Shown piece after piece: positions 47,944 to 61,950 of a DNA stretch of 64,000 nucleotides. Location: the NCBI RefSeq assembly GCF_035594765.1, contig NC_085845.1, forward strand, positions 65,962,024-66,026,023, given 5' to 3'. The notes beneath the pieces were generated by a model. It was not told where the DNA came from. It saw only the letters and a list, made by a program, of their open reading frames with translations, and did no database searches. The DNA comes from Anolis carolinensis. Taxonomy: Eukaryota. Position 1 is the first letter of the stretch; each line of letters starts with the position of its first letter. A program made the translations under genes and the position numbers.

Positions 47944-48020
47944 GATGCTGTGTCAGCACTACTAGAAAGAACATCAGCTGAGCTGCAGGCTGTAGAACAA
48001 GAATTGGCAAAGGAGGAAGA

Positions 48021-48054
<34 letters not shown>

Positions 48055-48092
48055 AAGGATGCACAAGACCTCCAGAATGTTGAGGAAGACTG
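47944..48092 (+). CDS. WWC2: WWC2 exon, 149 bp, DAVSALLERTSAELQAVEQELAK-E14-KDAQ...ED(W)
   Basis: gctag|G acceptor, TG|gttagc donor; phase matches the next exon. Confidence 0.9.
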
Positions 48093-49336
48093 GTTAGCTG
48101 AAATCTGTTTGTTTTTTTTTAATTCAGATTGTTTTTTTGAAAACACTATTTAACCCAAAAGGCATGAAACAAAGCGGGCCATGGCAAGAAACTATTTCTT
48201 GCCATCTGCTGCTTGTCCAAACCAAAATATTTTTTATCCATTTGGACATATTGGAGAATAAGTGCATTTGCTTTACATGCTGTTTTCCCTCCAGCAGCAT
48301 CCCCACTGCTGGAAAGAAAGGTTGTTGTTGCTGTTGTTTTAAAGAAAATTAAAATAACAATTTGTTTCTTTGCTAGAGCTGCAGCAAGAAGAATAATGAA
48401 TGATCTAATGTGTTATTCATATATTCACTTCTGCACACACAAACACCCATTGTGGTCTGGGGGCATGTCAGCACTGGGAAAAGTCTTCCAAATGTCCATG
48501 AGCGGAAAAGCTTACCCTGATGAGGGTAAGAGGCAATGCATATTTAGAAGGCTTCCCTTTTGCAGACATGCCCTCAAAGCATGAACTTTTTGCATTCAGC
48601 CTTGTGTTGCCCACAATAAATATAAGGTCGATGTAATGAATCTTTCGTTACACTTGTAATCCAAGATGAGTTCATTGTTTTGTTTGAGATCCAATGTAAA
48701 AAGACATTAGTGATGCAGTGTTTTTTCCCCTGGAAATTCACCATCTTCTGGGAGAATGAGAAGCTTTACCTAATCATATTGAGAACACAATATAAATTAA
48801 CCTTACTTGCTAGTGTAGATTAATAATCCAGAAGGGAAAACATAAGCTTGCATCACTCCATTTGAATAATTTGGCTGCTAAACGTGCTATGTGATGTCTT
48901 TAAAAAAGTATATTACTCAGAGTTATGGTCCACAACCAATGCCAGTCTATAAGCCATTGGTTGCCAGTCTGCAGTGAATTTCCGAGCGATTATTCTAATA
49001 ATATAAAGAAATAGCACCAATATAGTGCTGGACCCTGGCACAGTTTTGGGAGGGGAGATATTGGTCTGCCACATCAAGTAGCTTATGAAGTACTATTTTA
49101 GGAGGGCGGATTTATAACTGAATTTAATTTTTTTTGAGCAAATGACAAATGTAATGGATCATCCTATTGAATCATGAAAGCATTTTACTGAAATTCAAAT
49201 CTGCTTCTGGCCAAGATAATGTGTTGACGATAATGCTTCTTTTATAGAAAGTTCATATCCAAAATTTGCCCGTTTTTTTCTTGTCTTTGGGCTTTCTCAG
49301 TTCAAGGGGTTAGTTTGGGTTCCTTTATTGTCACAG

Positions 49337-49526
49337 GCTAGGAATACATGCAGAGGCATCCAATGCCATTGTGACAGAGGAGGAGGGTGCTGTTAAAAAT
49401 GCAGAGGAAATTGGAGATGCAGATTCCTCTACTGAATTGGTGGAGACAGAAGAAATCAAGGACGAGGAGGACAGCAGTTGTACACATGTGGATCCCAATG
49501 AAGAAATTGCAGCATTGCCGACACTG
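49337..49526 (+). CDS. WWC2: WWC2 acidic exon, 190 bp, (W)LGIHAEASNAIV...IAALPTL
   Basis: cacag|G acceptor, CTG|gtgagt donor; ends PTL before VDKETNT as in WWC2. Confidence 0.88.
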
Positions 49527-50427
49527 GTGAGTAATTCAGATGAAGAAAATATCCTAAATATGACTCTGGCATCTTTTCACTGTTTCTGGACCATTAGTAG
49601 TGTGTTAAAGTGAAGAACCTGACATCATGAGAAACTCATTTTTGTAATATTTTCACTATATAATGTCACTTTAGCGTTTAGCCTCCTCATGTGCTTTCAA
49701 ACACATTCTTTACTGTATACTAAAATGATATCTTTTGCTTTGATATATTGTAAAGGAGATAAGCAAAAAAAACCCACCCTTAAATCCATAAGAGATGTAT
49801 TCTACTTGCTAGTTAACATTTAATGTTTATTTGTTAGATTATTCATGTATAATAATGAATCTATTAAATATTTAGTAGGTTATTTAATGTTGAAGCTGTA
49901 CTTGCATCCATGTATGGCTTACTTTTTTGGTTTAGCAATTGTTTATGAAGTTTTAATAACAAGAACTGTGTTTTTCAAGGCAGTGCTAGAAATGTTTGTT
50001 TGTGTATGTGTTAGAATAGATGGATCACTTTTTTCCCAGATGGTAGATTTTGCGCATGTTCATCCTTAGATATGTTCTGAGACATTCCCGCAGGGTTTTT
50101 TTGAATTTGAAACCATGGGAAAATTCGTGTTTAAATATAAATCTGGAGTATGTTTTCCTCCTAAAATATTCATTTCTAAAATTGCATCTTAAAATATGCA
50201 TTTTGCAGATGTATGGGCACATTTTTTTTAGTTGAGAAGTGTATTCCAGAAAAATGCAAAGTCTAAATAAGACTTGCATCCTGAATTAGGGCTCTATCAT
50301 ATTGCCCAATTATAGCACTATGATTCCACTTTCAAGTACTATTGGCAACATCCTGTGAAATCCTAGAGTTTGTAGCTTGGTGAGGCACTAGAGCACTCTG
50401 ACTGAGAATTATAAACTGTTGTTCCAG

Positions 50428-50600
50428 TTGTTGTGTGCCTTCAAGTAATTTCTGATGTATAACAACTTTAAGGAGAACTATCCATGGGATTTTCTTTGCA
50501 AGATTTGCTCAGAGAGGATTTGTCTTTGTCGTCTTCTTCTTTGGACACTGAGAGAGTATGACTTGCCCAAACCCTCAAGCCACTACATCACACTGGCTCT
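50428..50600 (-). mobile_element. Old SINE family with a ...ttgaaggcacacaacaac tail; other copies at about 7505-7690, 33885-33910 and 55475-55640
   Basis: Recurrent gttgttgtgtgccttcaag...gacttgcccaa motif. Confidence 0.5.
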
Positions 50601-51365
50601 CCAGAATTATAAATAACAATCCCTAAACTTCCAGTTCCTGGATTCCATAGATTGGAATCATATCAATATATATGTGCGATATGAAATGACCCTTAGTTTG
50701 AGAAGTATTAGGTCAATTTGCTTCAAAATGCAGGCAAAATTAAATCCTCAATTGTCTTGTGTTTATGTCTTCTTGTCCTGAGCATGACCTGTTGTTCTTC
50801 TGGATGACCTGCTCATCCTTGTCCTTCTTCCCACCTGCTCTGTTCCTCCGTCTCTTTTCCTATTATTATTTTACTTTCCATATAATCAAAATGAGTGCCT
50901 ATTAGGTAGCAGAGTATTATTTCATTTGACATCACAGTTTCCGTAGGGAAAAAAACAAACAAAATAGATTAAGACATTCTCAATTGATATAGTGCCTCTT
51001 TTGTAATAATTCGCAAAGCCATTCATTTTATAGTGTTCGACAGGCCATTTTTATTTATAGGCTGTGTGTGTGAACATAAAAGAGGAAAAAAGAAGACTCT
51101 TTGACAGAACAGTAGGATACCGTAAAGAGGTTTAGAAGTTTGATTCAACAATTTGATTAGTTTTGCCAGTTCTTCTAAGTATGTTTTGGTGTATGCGTAT
51201 GTGTTACAGAATGGTAGAGCATACGATTTGCATTTTACAAGTCTTCAGTCTACAGTATTTCCAGGTATGAAATCCATGCGAACTGCTGTCAGTCAGTGTA
51301 GGATCTTGGAACTGAGTAGACCACAACAGCAGATGTATGTTTTGTCAAATGCTATATTAGTTTTA

Positions 51366-51669
51366 GGTAAAGGCAAAGGTTTCCCCTGACGTTAAGTCCA
51401 GTCATGTCTGACTCTGGGGGTTGGTGTTCATCTCCATTTCTAAGCAGAAGAGCCGGCCTTGTCCGTAGATACCTCCAAGGTCATGTTACCTTCCCACCGG
51501 AGCGGTACCCATTGATCTACTCACATTGGCATGTTTTCGAACTGCTAGGTTGGCAGAAGCTGGAGCAACAGCGGGCGCTCACTCCGCTCCCGGGATTTGA
51601 ACCTGGGACCTTTCGATCTGCAAGTTCAGCAGCTCAGTGCTTTAACACACTTCGCCACCGGGGCTCCTG
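51366..51669 (-). mobile_element. Sauria SINE with an internal deletion of about 27 bp
   Basis: TSD TATATTAGTTTTA at 51353-51365 and 51670-51682. Confidence 0.9.
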
Positions 51670-52079
51670 TATATTAGTTTTACACGTCTTCATAACCATA
51701 AACAGGATGGTTTTTTGCCATAGAGTTAATTAAAAACCTTTATTTATTTAAAATGGGATTTTTATTTATTTGAAAATCAACTCCATATTTCAGTATAATG
51801 TGGAGATGGCAAATGGTTATTCATGAAGATCTACACACCCTTCAGATTGGTAAACGTGAGGTGCTTTGTCTCGTAAGTTGTACAGGTGTTACCATTTAAG
51901 AATCGCATCCTCTTGAGGAGCAGAGCACGCCTCTGTTTTTACTATATGACAAGACAAATGCATTTGGATCCCTTGTCTTTGGTTTGATCTTCACTAATTT
52001 GTGTCAAGATGGTACAAAGAACAAGCACAGTTAATTGGTTTTTGTATTAAATGAGAACAATTCATTATGTGCTCAACAG

Positions 52080-52241
52080 GTTGATAAGGAGACAAACACA
52101 GATGAGAGGACCGAGAGTGTGGCTGTGCGGCCCAAGGACAGAACCAGCCTAAAGTCTCAACAGCATCCTTTTGTCAGGAACAGCATGATCGTGCGTTCAC
52201 AAACCTTCTCTCCAGGAGAGCGGAACCAGTACATCTGCAGG
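52080..52241 (+). CDS. WWC2: WWC2 exon, 162 bp, VDKETNTDE...VRSQTFSPGERNQYICR
   Basis: aacag|G acceptor, AGG|gtaaga donor. Confidence 0.95.
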
Positions 52242-52921
52242 GTAAGATAAAGAGGGTTCTCCATGAGGTCCTATTAAGTAAGGACTCATTTAATTTCTTT
52301 GGCAATGGCATATTACTGGCACGGAGCCATATCCGGAGTAGGCAGTGTCCATCTGTCAGCTGTTAAACTGTGAGAAATTCACACTTGTGGAATACATGTG
52401 GAAGCTCACAATCCTTTCACAGTATATTGTTTGGATATTGAAACTCGCATTTTCATATCGAACTGAAATAAACTTTACTGTGTTGACATTCTGTGCCTCT
52501 CCTCCAATCTTGTGCCCATATACATAGCACATCTACATTGACTACTTATTATGGAAGGGATGTATAAGCAGCTCTGTGGCAACCAAACACCATAGATCAG
52601 CTCAGGTAGCCCAGAGACATGGAATGGCACTTCCTGCCACTTCCGTTCTCCATGTTGCAGCAGACTCCACCCACTATATGGGTCTTGTTGGTCAGCCATT
52701 ACTTGCAGTAATTTCTCCCCTCTCCCTCAGTTGTCCCGCTGTTGTGCTGACCAAATCACTGCAGGCCAACCAGTAGAGCCCATATTGCAGCCGAAAACCA
52801 CTACAACATGGATGATGGAACTGTCTACTGGTGCAATACTACATTGATTGCTGATGGCTGGTCAGGACCCCCTCACACCTTTGCAGCAGCTGGGAGGAGT
52901 GACTGTGGGAACCATCCCGGG

Positions 52922-53693
52922 TGTTGTAATACAGCAGCCCATGGTTGTGGCTGATAACGATGTAAATGGGGAAGTGGATCATGGGAGCTCAGGGCCTGCG
53001 AGCCAACATGAGATTTAAGTCCTGAAAACGATTAGTCTGTATCTCCAGCCGTTAGTGAAGGTCACATTCCAGAGAAGTGTGGAGATAGTACAGAGGAGTT
53101 GTTCTTTGGGGAAACTAGTTTAGAGTATGAAATCCCAGGTGGAGATAATAATGAGTTGCAAGATAATGAGCTGGTTAATAGGAGACTTAGTGTTAGTAAA
53201 CTTTGCACTGCTCAACAGAATCTCCGAAGGTGACAGCGCTTGTTACAGAAGAGACCTGTATCAGGCAGTCTTATGAAAAAACATGATTTCATGTGTATAT
53301 TAGAGAGGCCGGGGGTTTTGCCAGCCAGTCTGGTCAACATGGAGAAACAGCTTATCAAGTCTTAGTCAAGCCTGTTAAGGAACTTGTAGTTCCTTGTCTT
53401 TGTTCATGTTTCTTACTTCCAAGTTTGAAGGATAGTTCCCGGAATTTTTGTATGAAACTGCATTTTTCTGGTTTTCTTGTATTCCTGTGCTGGATGTTTT
53501 ATTGCCTTGGGATTTTGGATTACTCTTGTACCTTGAACCTCATGGACTATCTTATGTGTATAGACGTTGGAATTTTTTCGTATTTTTCCTGATGTGCTTT
53601 TTATATAACCTTTAATAAACTGCTTTGATGATTTAACTTGGACTGGAGTGCGGTGGTTAGGTCCAGAGGTGTTTACTGGCCTGGAGTGCTACA
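52922..53693 (+). mobile_element. Solo LTR (Gypsy-like)
   Basis: TGTTGTA...GCTACA termini; AATAAA about 80 bp from the 3' end; same layout as 45755-46409. Confidence 0.55.
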
Positions 53694-55939
53694 CTAGGGC
53701 TGATTCAGCTTACGCCACACCAGATCAGCCCTAGGACAGTGGGTCAGTGTAAATCTACCCAGACAGTAAGTCATGGTGCAGTCTATAAGAATTACTACTG
53801 AATAGACATGCTATAGCTAATGTCTGCTGGTACTGTTTGCTGGAGACATAAAATTTGGTTTGATGTATATTTGAATTAAAAATAAATCTTAGTTGTTGTG
53901 AGACAAATGATCTTACCCAATCTTACTAGATGTCCAATTTATACTATTAAGTGTTTGATTTTAAATGTTTCAGTGGTATGCTTTCCTTTTGACATTCCTT
54001 TCTGTGATCTAACTTGTCTCTTCAAAATTTCTTAAGGGGGGGTGTCATTTGGACTAGGTCAAAAGCCTTCTCCGCTGAAAATAAGGTTGATCTGGAACAA
54101 TTAATGTATAATGATAAAAAAATGTCTGAATGTGTATCAGCCTTTCCCCTCTGACAGCTATAACTCACTGGGACATTTTCCTATCCGGCTTAAAATTTGA
54201 CCGACTGCTTTTAGATGTCATCCAAGTTGCAGTGCTGAGTCGCAAATAGAAAGTCTAAGTTTTTTACAGAGGATCAGTAGAAGTTTAAAAAATCAATTGA
54301 GGTGGGGAGGCATAATTTATCTGGAAATCATAATAATTACTTCTGAACTTCTGTTAAAACGGCAGCATCCAGCAAAAGATGGAGGCTCTGTGACTTATTG
54401 GAGTATCATGATGGACACTGCAAAATTTGACAGTTGTCTTGTTTGTCATCTGAGTTGCAGTGGTGGCCAGTGCTGTGCTAAGGCTTTTAAGGCAGGAAGA
54501 AAAGTAGAAAATCAAGGCTTCTGAGCTTTAAAAAGGGCAAGGAAACCAGAGAGGATGCTTGGTGATGCTGCTGGAAAGATTCCTGAAGTTTAAAAAGTTT
54601 AGGGAGTGGAACAAGAGGCTCCATGGACCCATTTCGAGTGTTAAATAAAGACCTGGGCAAAGGCAGGTACACTTCAGTTGTTACTAAATCTATTTTGGCT
54701 GTTCTAATTGCACCGTCTGCCTCTAGATGATTTCAGATTGTTTTAGTATTCTTTGCATTGTTCATTCTCCATCTTACTTATTCTTTTGTGAAATAGTGCA
54801 GTGGGAAGCCAGCGTCTGTTTCCATTTGTACCCCCTCAAATGCACAAGTGAAATTTAAGCACTAACATATGCCCATTACCATTGATGATCACTTAACAGT
54901 TCACTTCCTGTGGTAGGAAAATGAATGTCTCTTTGGGGAAAGAGAAGCCGAGATCACACAGCTATTTTTCAAATGCTAGGTACGTCGGCATATCTTTAGG
55001 CACGGAGCTCGTTAATTATTGAAAGTGCTGTGGTATAATTCTTGTAAATAATGTTGTTTAATATGCCTTCCAGAAGAATTGAGGTGGTTTATCTTTTTTC
55101 CAAATTTTTAATATGACATTTTTGTTCTATAAATGCAAAGCACTCTTTCAACAATGCTGTGTCTTGCCCATTCCTTTTGGAGACCATTCTAAGGCAGATT
55201 TTCAGCGTGGAAAGTGTGAATTTGTCAGTAATAGCTGGCTGAGGTTTGGAGGAAGGCGTAAATAGCCCATCAGAGTTGCCCATTCCAGATTTGTTGTATT
55301 GTCTCATTTGAAAATATAATTATGTGGTAGTGGCTATGAACACAGTGCTGCATTTCCTAAGTGAAAGTACCAAAGTGATGCACAGAAAAGTGTTTAATTT
55401 TTAAGGTGTATGTTTTCCCCTTGATTTTTTATGTTTAAATTGGTGATGTTGCTCTGTAGCATTTATTGTTTTTGTGTGTGTGCCTTCAAGTCATTTCTTG
55501 CATGTGGCAACCCTATGGTGAACCTGCCAGAGAGTTTCCTTGTAAAGATTTTTTTCAGAGTGGGGATTACCATTGTTTCCTCTGAGGCTGAAAGTGTGAC
55601 TTCCCAAGGTCATCCAGTGGGTTCTTACAGCTGAATGTGAAGTTGAACATTGGTCATATTCTAATCATAGGACCTCATTACAAAGGCCCATGGAATCACC
55701 ACCCATTGTGGCAAATCCATGGGCTCCCAGCAGGGGGCATGGAAAACCCATCACTCCACGACCCGCATTGCCCGCCTTACTATTACCCCATCTCAAGGGG
55801 GGAAGTGTTGCCGCCCGCTTCCGTCCATTGCTGGCAAGGCAATATGGGAAGGCTCCCATGTTGTAGCTACAACGGCACATACACCACTCCCTCTCCTCTT
55901 TCGGCATGGAGCCCAGCTGACAGTCCCTGTGCATCATCT

Positions 55940-56545
55940 AATTTATTATTTATTTTATTTATTTATGGTACTTTTACCCCCCTTTCTCAACCCTGGAGGA
56001 GACTCAAGGCGGCTTTACAACATGGCAACAATTCAATGCCTTTAAAAACAGAATACAAAAACAACCATTTAAAAAGTGAGCATTAAAATACAATTAAAAT
56101 TTAACTCTGGACAAGAGAGTAAATCACATGACCCATAGGCATAGTCCGGGCCATTCCATTAGTCAATTCCATATCTTTATATCTATTACTGCACCAAATT
56201 TCTGAAGGCTTGGTCAAAGAGCCATGTCTTCAGTTTTTTGCAGAAGATCAGGAGGGAGGGGGCTGATGTAATCTCCCTGGGAAGGGAGTTCCAGAGCCGA
56301 GGGGCCACCGCCGAGAAGACCCTGTCTCTCTTCCCCGCCAGTCACACCTGCGAAGAGAGTGTGACCGGGAGCAGGGCCTCCCCAGATGATCTTAGACTCC
56401 GAGATGGTTCATAGAGGGAGATATGTTTGGACAGGTAAACTGGGCCAGAACTGTTTAGAGCTTTATAGGCTAAAGCCAGCACTTTGAATTGTGCACAATA
56501 GCAAACTGGCCACCAGTGGAGCTGGCGCAACAGGGGCGTTGTGTG
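55940..56545 (-). mobile_element. L2 LINE, 3' end
   Basis: HTTPLLRQLHWWPV...FKVLALAYKALN..GPVYL...RSLRS; (TTTA)n tail. Confidence 0.85.
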
Positions 56546-57073
56546 CTGAAAGTGGAGAGGAAGCGGCATACAACAAGTAGATTGGCTTGTCTGATGAGGT
56601 AGATACACATTGCTTGCTCCATACAAATATGGCTGTAGTTCTTATTAAATCCGTGCAGCCTTAAAAGGCTATTGAAAAGAACTTTTCTATAGAGTAGTAA
56701 TGATGTTCTGTCACACTATCCAATGTCAACAATTGTTACTTTAGCCACTGATAAAACAGGCTTTCCTTTGAAGAGCCAGACAAAGGCTTACCTTCAGCAA
56801 GTGACAGATGTTCATGCTTTGAAACGAGAAGGCAAGGAAGCAGTTGGTGGTGTCTGTGCGAGTACCGTGGAATCATTTTCATAATGAATTATGGACAATT
56901 GATCTGTGGCTTTCTAACAACTTTGCTTTGATGAATAGCGTGCGAGAGAGAGTATGGTCCATTGCCAAAACTACATACAGTTGGTTACTCTTGGCAACTT
57001 TAATGTTAATGCTTGTCTGTTTCTGATCCAGCCACCTCATATTATAAATCTTCTCTGTTCCTTGCCTTGACAG

Positions 57074-57166
57074 TTGAATCGAAGTGATAGTGACAGCTCA
57101 ACATTGGCCAAAAAGTCTCTCTTTGTGAGAAATGCCACAGAGCGGAGGAGCTTGAGAGTTAAAAGG
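57074..57166 (+). CDS. WWC2: WWC2 exon, 93 bp, [31 protein letters not shown] (aPKC/PKMzeta-binding region of KIBRA family)
   Basis: gacag|T acceptor, AGG|gtatgt donor. Confidence 0.95.
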
Positions 57167-57717
57167 GTATGTGCTGTTTGACCGTTTGCTCACTTTTTTG
57201 CCATTCTTTCCCATTGTTCAGCAGATTTAAAAATATGAAAAAGCTATGCATCCAGAAAAAAGCTTCATCCCTGAAATGTTCTGTCTGAAATGCTAGACTT
57301 CCAAGTGACAGAGGGTTTTGTATAAAAAGAAGTATAATCTAATCCTATTGCTTGTGTGCATTTTTAAATGTGAAAATGAATTCACCCCTGTTCTGTAGTT
57401 CTTTAAAGCTAGATCTTGGAAAATATAGGATGTTGCTTTAGAATATTGGTGTTAGCACTAATGTTGGCATATTAGCATTAGATTGCTAACATAAATTGAT
57501 CAGTCTCTTGAGAAAAATAATAAAAATGAGTAACCAGTTCCTTAGAAGTTATTTCAAATGATTGAAACCTGTAAAAATTAAAGCAGCAGGAAACTTTAGT
57601 CATTACTCAATAATCAGGTCCCAATGAAAATAACAGAATTTTATATTGTTGCTGGATAGTTTTAGGAACTGGGAGTGGGGGTAATTTAACTAATTTTGAA
57701 GGTCAGCCACTGAATTA

Positions 57718-59790
57718 TACTACACAACAAAATCTGAATTTTTTTTTCAGTTCCTGGTTTGAAAGTGTTATTTCCTGTTTAATTATGCAGTACTTACTTT
57801 GAAAGTAGTTGTTCTACTCCAGAAACTTAGTTTTTGTGGCTGCCAAAAACTATGTTGACTTGTTTGTGACTCTATGAGATATTCCTTGAAAAACTATAGC
57901 AAAATGTGCTGCAGGATGTCCCTCCCGCAAAATGTTTTTGCAATTTAATAAACTTTTTTTCCATGTTTTAATGATAGAACCAATTAGGAAATAATAGTTA
58001 TAACTCAATTTAAGCAAAAATTGTGTTTCATAGTGCTATTTATTTCCAGGCTGAGGTTGAATATTTACTTTATCTCTCCTTTCCAAGTCCAAGTTCTGGA
58101 AACTTTTTTCTGTGACCAGAAAAGGCTTGCATCTGTATATAAATTCCACTTCTTTTTTGCATCCCACAATTGAAGAATGAGTTACTAATATAACCAGAAT
58201 TCATCATGACACTGAAACTTTGAGAAAAGTAGTTTGTTTCAGAATATGATTATCACATGCAAGCTGCTTTCAATCTTTGGTTTCAAATCCTGGCTTGTTT
58301 TGAAACCACAGTTCAAACTAACCAGTTTTTTTTTTTTTTTGGAATAACAATATACAGGCAAGTGTGTTCACTTTAAAAATGGAAACAGAAGCTTTTTATC
58401 TCTTCTGGAATAAATAAAGACAAGAAGGGAACATGTAAATGGAAGGCTCACTTTGATTTATCTTCTTTCAGGAAGCCATAGTTCACCATTATATCTGATG
58501 CAAATCTATGACAATATGTGGTGCTTAGAATTTTCTATCTGGAAAACCATGGACAGAAGTACTGTAGAAGTTACAAGACAGACATTGGATGCAATCCGGC
58601 ATCCCTTCAGTTTAACATACATGGAGACAGGCACTACCCCCATGGAAAATGGCACATAGTGCAAAACATATCAGTGATTAGATGGTATTGCATTATAAGC
58701 AATATAGAATACACAGTTTCAATGCACAACCACAGTATGCAAAGAGAAAGCATAGAGAACCATGTTGCCATTACATCTCTACTTCTGATCACATCCATTG
58801 CACAATGGTGACTTTTTTGACCTCAAAGTCTTAGTGCAACTGGATACCTGCCACAGAATGGAAAATCCCAGATATTGCTAAGTAGATGTAAAATGATTGG
58901 TAGAAGCCCCAGTTTACTGGGGAGAGTTGTCAAGAGAGTATTTAAATGTCTTACTGATGTTTTTTGCCTGTATCTATCCCATTCAGCTCAAACATGCTTC
59001 CCCCTCTCCATGACATCTGTTCTAGACTTTGTTTGTTAAGTGTACATATTGTACAATGACATACAAATATGTAAAAAAAAATCTGGCATTAGGGGCATAA
59101 ATAATAGGATCCAGAATGGGTAGAAGCTGCTCAGTGCTAGAACAATGGTCACATATGGAGCGTGCACTTCACAAAGGTATCCCAGGCAAAGAATGTCAGG
59201 AGTAGAAAGCAGACTCTATAGAACCCTGAATCCAGACCTCATCCTACACATCCTGTTTTCCCTAAATGTGAAAAATACCTATCTGGGATCCTTAAATGAA
59301 TGTGGGTTTTGCAGGAAAAAAACAACGTCAATGGAAGGGGTGAAAAGACACATGAGCCCGATTGCTTATCTTCTGCAAATGGTACCCATTCCTGCTCTGT
59401 AGTTCTTTGACAGCAGCGGATATTCCTAGGCCTGTCAGCGATCAAACATCTAGCTGTGCCTAATTTCTCATTAGAAATTAGTCATAGTTTGTTTAGGTCC
59501 TTGTGATTCTTCAAAAATCAAATATCGATTTATAGTGCACCTAAGTATTCAGAATTTAAGGAGCATAGGTAACACTATATAACACGACTTTTCTTCCTGG
59601 GTTATAAATGTCATTTTCTAATTAGTTCTATCATAAAAACATGGTAAAAGTTTATTAAACTGTCTGCACAAAGGTTAAAAATGGTAGCCACAAAAACAGA
59701 AGTTTCTGGAGTAACTACTTTTGAAGTAAGTACCGCACAATTCAACAGGAAAAAACACTTTCAAACCAGAAACAGATTTTTTTTCCAGGT
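57718..59790. mobile_element. Two inverted copies (about 57718-58035 and 59573-59790) of a non-autonomous DNA element, possibly Chapaev3-like
   Basis: Mutual reverse-complement similarity (ggtttgaaagtgttatttcctg / caggaaaaaacactttcaaacc); CACTA / TAGTG ends. Confidence 0.5.
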
Positions 59791-60197
59791 ATTGTTTTTT
59801 ATGGGGACAGTATTGGGAGGATATACATTTGCATCCTAAATCTGTAATAGAAAGTGTTTTTTAATAGAACATGTTGTTGAATTAGTTCTTAACTGACAAT
59901 GAATGATTTTTGTCTTTTAAAAAACTCAACTTATTAGGCAAACTTCACAAATAGTCCAGTTTGAGAAATCTAAGTAAAGAGTAGTGATCCTGTAGCATTT
60001 AGCAGAGTTACAACTTTATTTAAGTAAATCCTACATATCTGCAAACATGGTGTGTACAAATATTTTATATGTATGCACACACAAAAATAATTTGAGATTA
60101 TTCAGGTAAGTACATTAACAGAACCTAGTGATGTTTTCATTCATATTCTGTTCTACTTTATTTGATTTTTTCCCCAAAACATTCTTAAATACCATAG

Positions 60198-60440
60198 CCT
60201 GCTTGCCAGCCCAGTATGCGGCGAGCGACTCGGGAGCACCTTGTCCGCACCTCTCTTGACTTGGAGCTGGATCTCCAGGCTTCTCGGACACGGCAGAGTC
60301 GCCTGGATGATGAGCTACAGATGCTTCGCGATCTTAAGCAGAGGCTCGAGGAGATGAAAGCCAGGGGAAAGACCGAGCTTCCTCCCTGTGTTTTAGAGGA
60401 TGAAAGATTCCAAAAGCTCTTGAAACAAGCTGAAAAACAG
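60198..60440 (+). CDS. WWC2: WWC2 exon, 243 bp, PACQPSMRR...RTSLDLELDLQAS...FQKLLKQAEKQ; coiled coil
   Basis: catag|C acceptor, CAG|gtacaa donor; 81 codons. Confidence 0.94.
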
Positions 60441-61211
60441 GTACAAACATCAAACCACACTTCTCTATATGAAAGAGGAGGACCCATGTGAAATGACAGT
60501 GTCTACATGATTTTAAAATGTGCAGTCTTGAAGTTGCATGTGTTCAAATTAGGTTGAAATGCTTAGCATCTGGACTTCAGAGATATAGTATCTGTAGGTC
60601 ATTTAGATTTGTAAAGCTTTCTTTTCATCTTTGTAACTACAGATGAACTAATCCAAGATGTTGTTAGCTCATTTTTAATATTTGACGTTTATAACATCCT
60701 CAGATCATTCCATTTACTGCAATATGGGATGAATTTGTTTCATCTTGTCTTAAAGTCTTCTCTCTATAAGTTCAGGTGTCTCCTGTGTGCTTGTATATAA
60801 GAGTTAATCACTTTCCTTTTATTACTATTCCCATGCCTTTCATTATTTTGTAACCTCTCATCTCACCAGCAGCTTTTCCCAGTTATTTTTCTTCCTAAAT
60901 GTGAAGCGTAGCTGGGGAACCTCTGACTCTTCCAATGTTGTTGAGCTCCAGATTGCATCAGCCCTGTCTATATGGAGTAAGGCTCTGGCAGTAGTAGTTC
61001 ATCTATATTTGGAGGGCAGCGGTTCCTCACCTCTCGGGTTCATAAACGTTTTCAAATAAAGAAAATGGTTCAATTGAGTTTAAAACCCAATTGCACATTG
61101 TATGGCAGAAAACGATGGACACATTATTTTCCCATACTGTTTCCCTGTTCTGTGCAGGAAGAAATCTTTCCTGTGAAAAATGAGTGTGCTACAGTCATGG
61201 CTACAGCATAA

Positions 61212-61252
<41 letters not shown>

Positions 61253-61256
61253 ATAA
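61212..61256 (+). repeat. (TAG)n microsatellite
   Basis: Read directly. Confidence 0.97.
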
Positions 61257-61950
61257 TTTATATCCTGCCACCATCTCCCCAAAGGGACTTGGGACGGCTC
61301 ACAAAAGCACTCCAAAGTGCCGCACACATAAAATACACACTACATAAGCATATAAAACGATAACATAAATTTACACAACGCTTTCACCTAAAAAGGTCAC
61401 ATAATAAAATTTAAAATTCCATAAAATGCAGCAGTACCTGCGGATAAAAATTGTTGTCTTTAAATATCAATCTAAAGTACCAGAGTGAAGCAATCACTAA
61501 GTCCTCAAATCTAACCACTAAAATTCTAATCAAGGTCAAAAGCCTGTTTTTAAAAAACATGTTTTCAGATTAGATCAGAGAACCTAAAGCATGGGGGCTA
61601 GCCTAATCTCTCTAGGGAGGGAATTCCAGAGCCGGGGGGCCACCACCGACAAGGCCCTCTCTCTTGTCCTCACCAACCGTGTTTGGGATGGAGGTGGGAC
61701 TGAAAGAAGGGCCTCCCCCACAGATCTCAGAGCCCGTACTGGTTCATAGAAGGAGATGTGGTCACAAAGATAGGTTGGACCCAAAGCGTATAGAGATTTA
61801 TAGATAATAACCTGCAGTTTGAGTTGGGCCCGGAAACTTGTCGGCAGTCAGTGGAGCTGTTTTAATAGGAGTGTAGTATGCTCCCTAAAGCTAGCCCCAG
61901 TTAGTAATCTGGCTGCTGAAACTGCAGCTTCTGAGCCATCTTCAAAAGCA
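61255..61950 (-). mobile_element. L2 LINE, 3' end, next to (TAG)n
   Basis: GPTYLCDHISFYEPVRALRS...RALSVVAPRLWNSLP. Confidence 0.8.

Larger units (their letters stand above)
18735..60440 (+). other. WWC2: WWC2 gene, partial: 12 coding exons in window; 5' and 3' exons outside
   Basis: Exon translations match remembered WWC2 sequence (SLSASTLS.SSGSSLGSLASS, DYQYKLDFLLQEK, VSDESVAGDSGVYEA, C2 domain, [49 protein letters not shown]). All introns are GT-AG with consistent phases; total 2182 nt = 1 + 727 codons. Confidence 0.95.
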
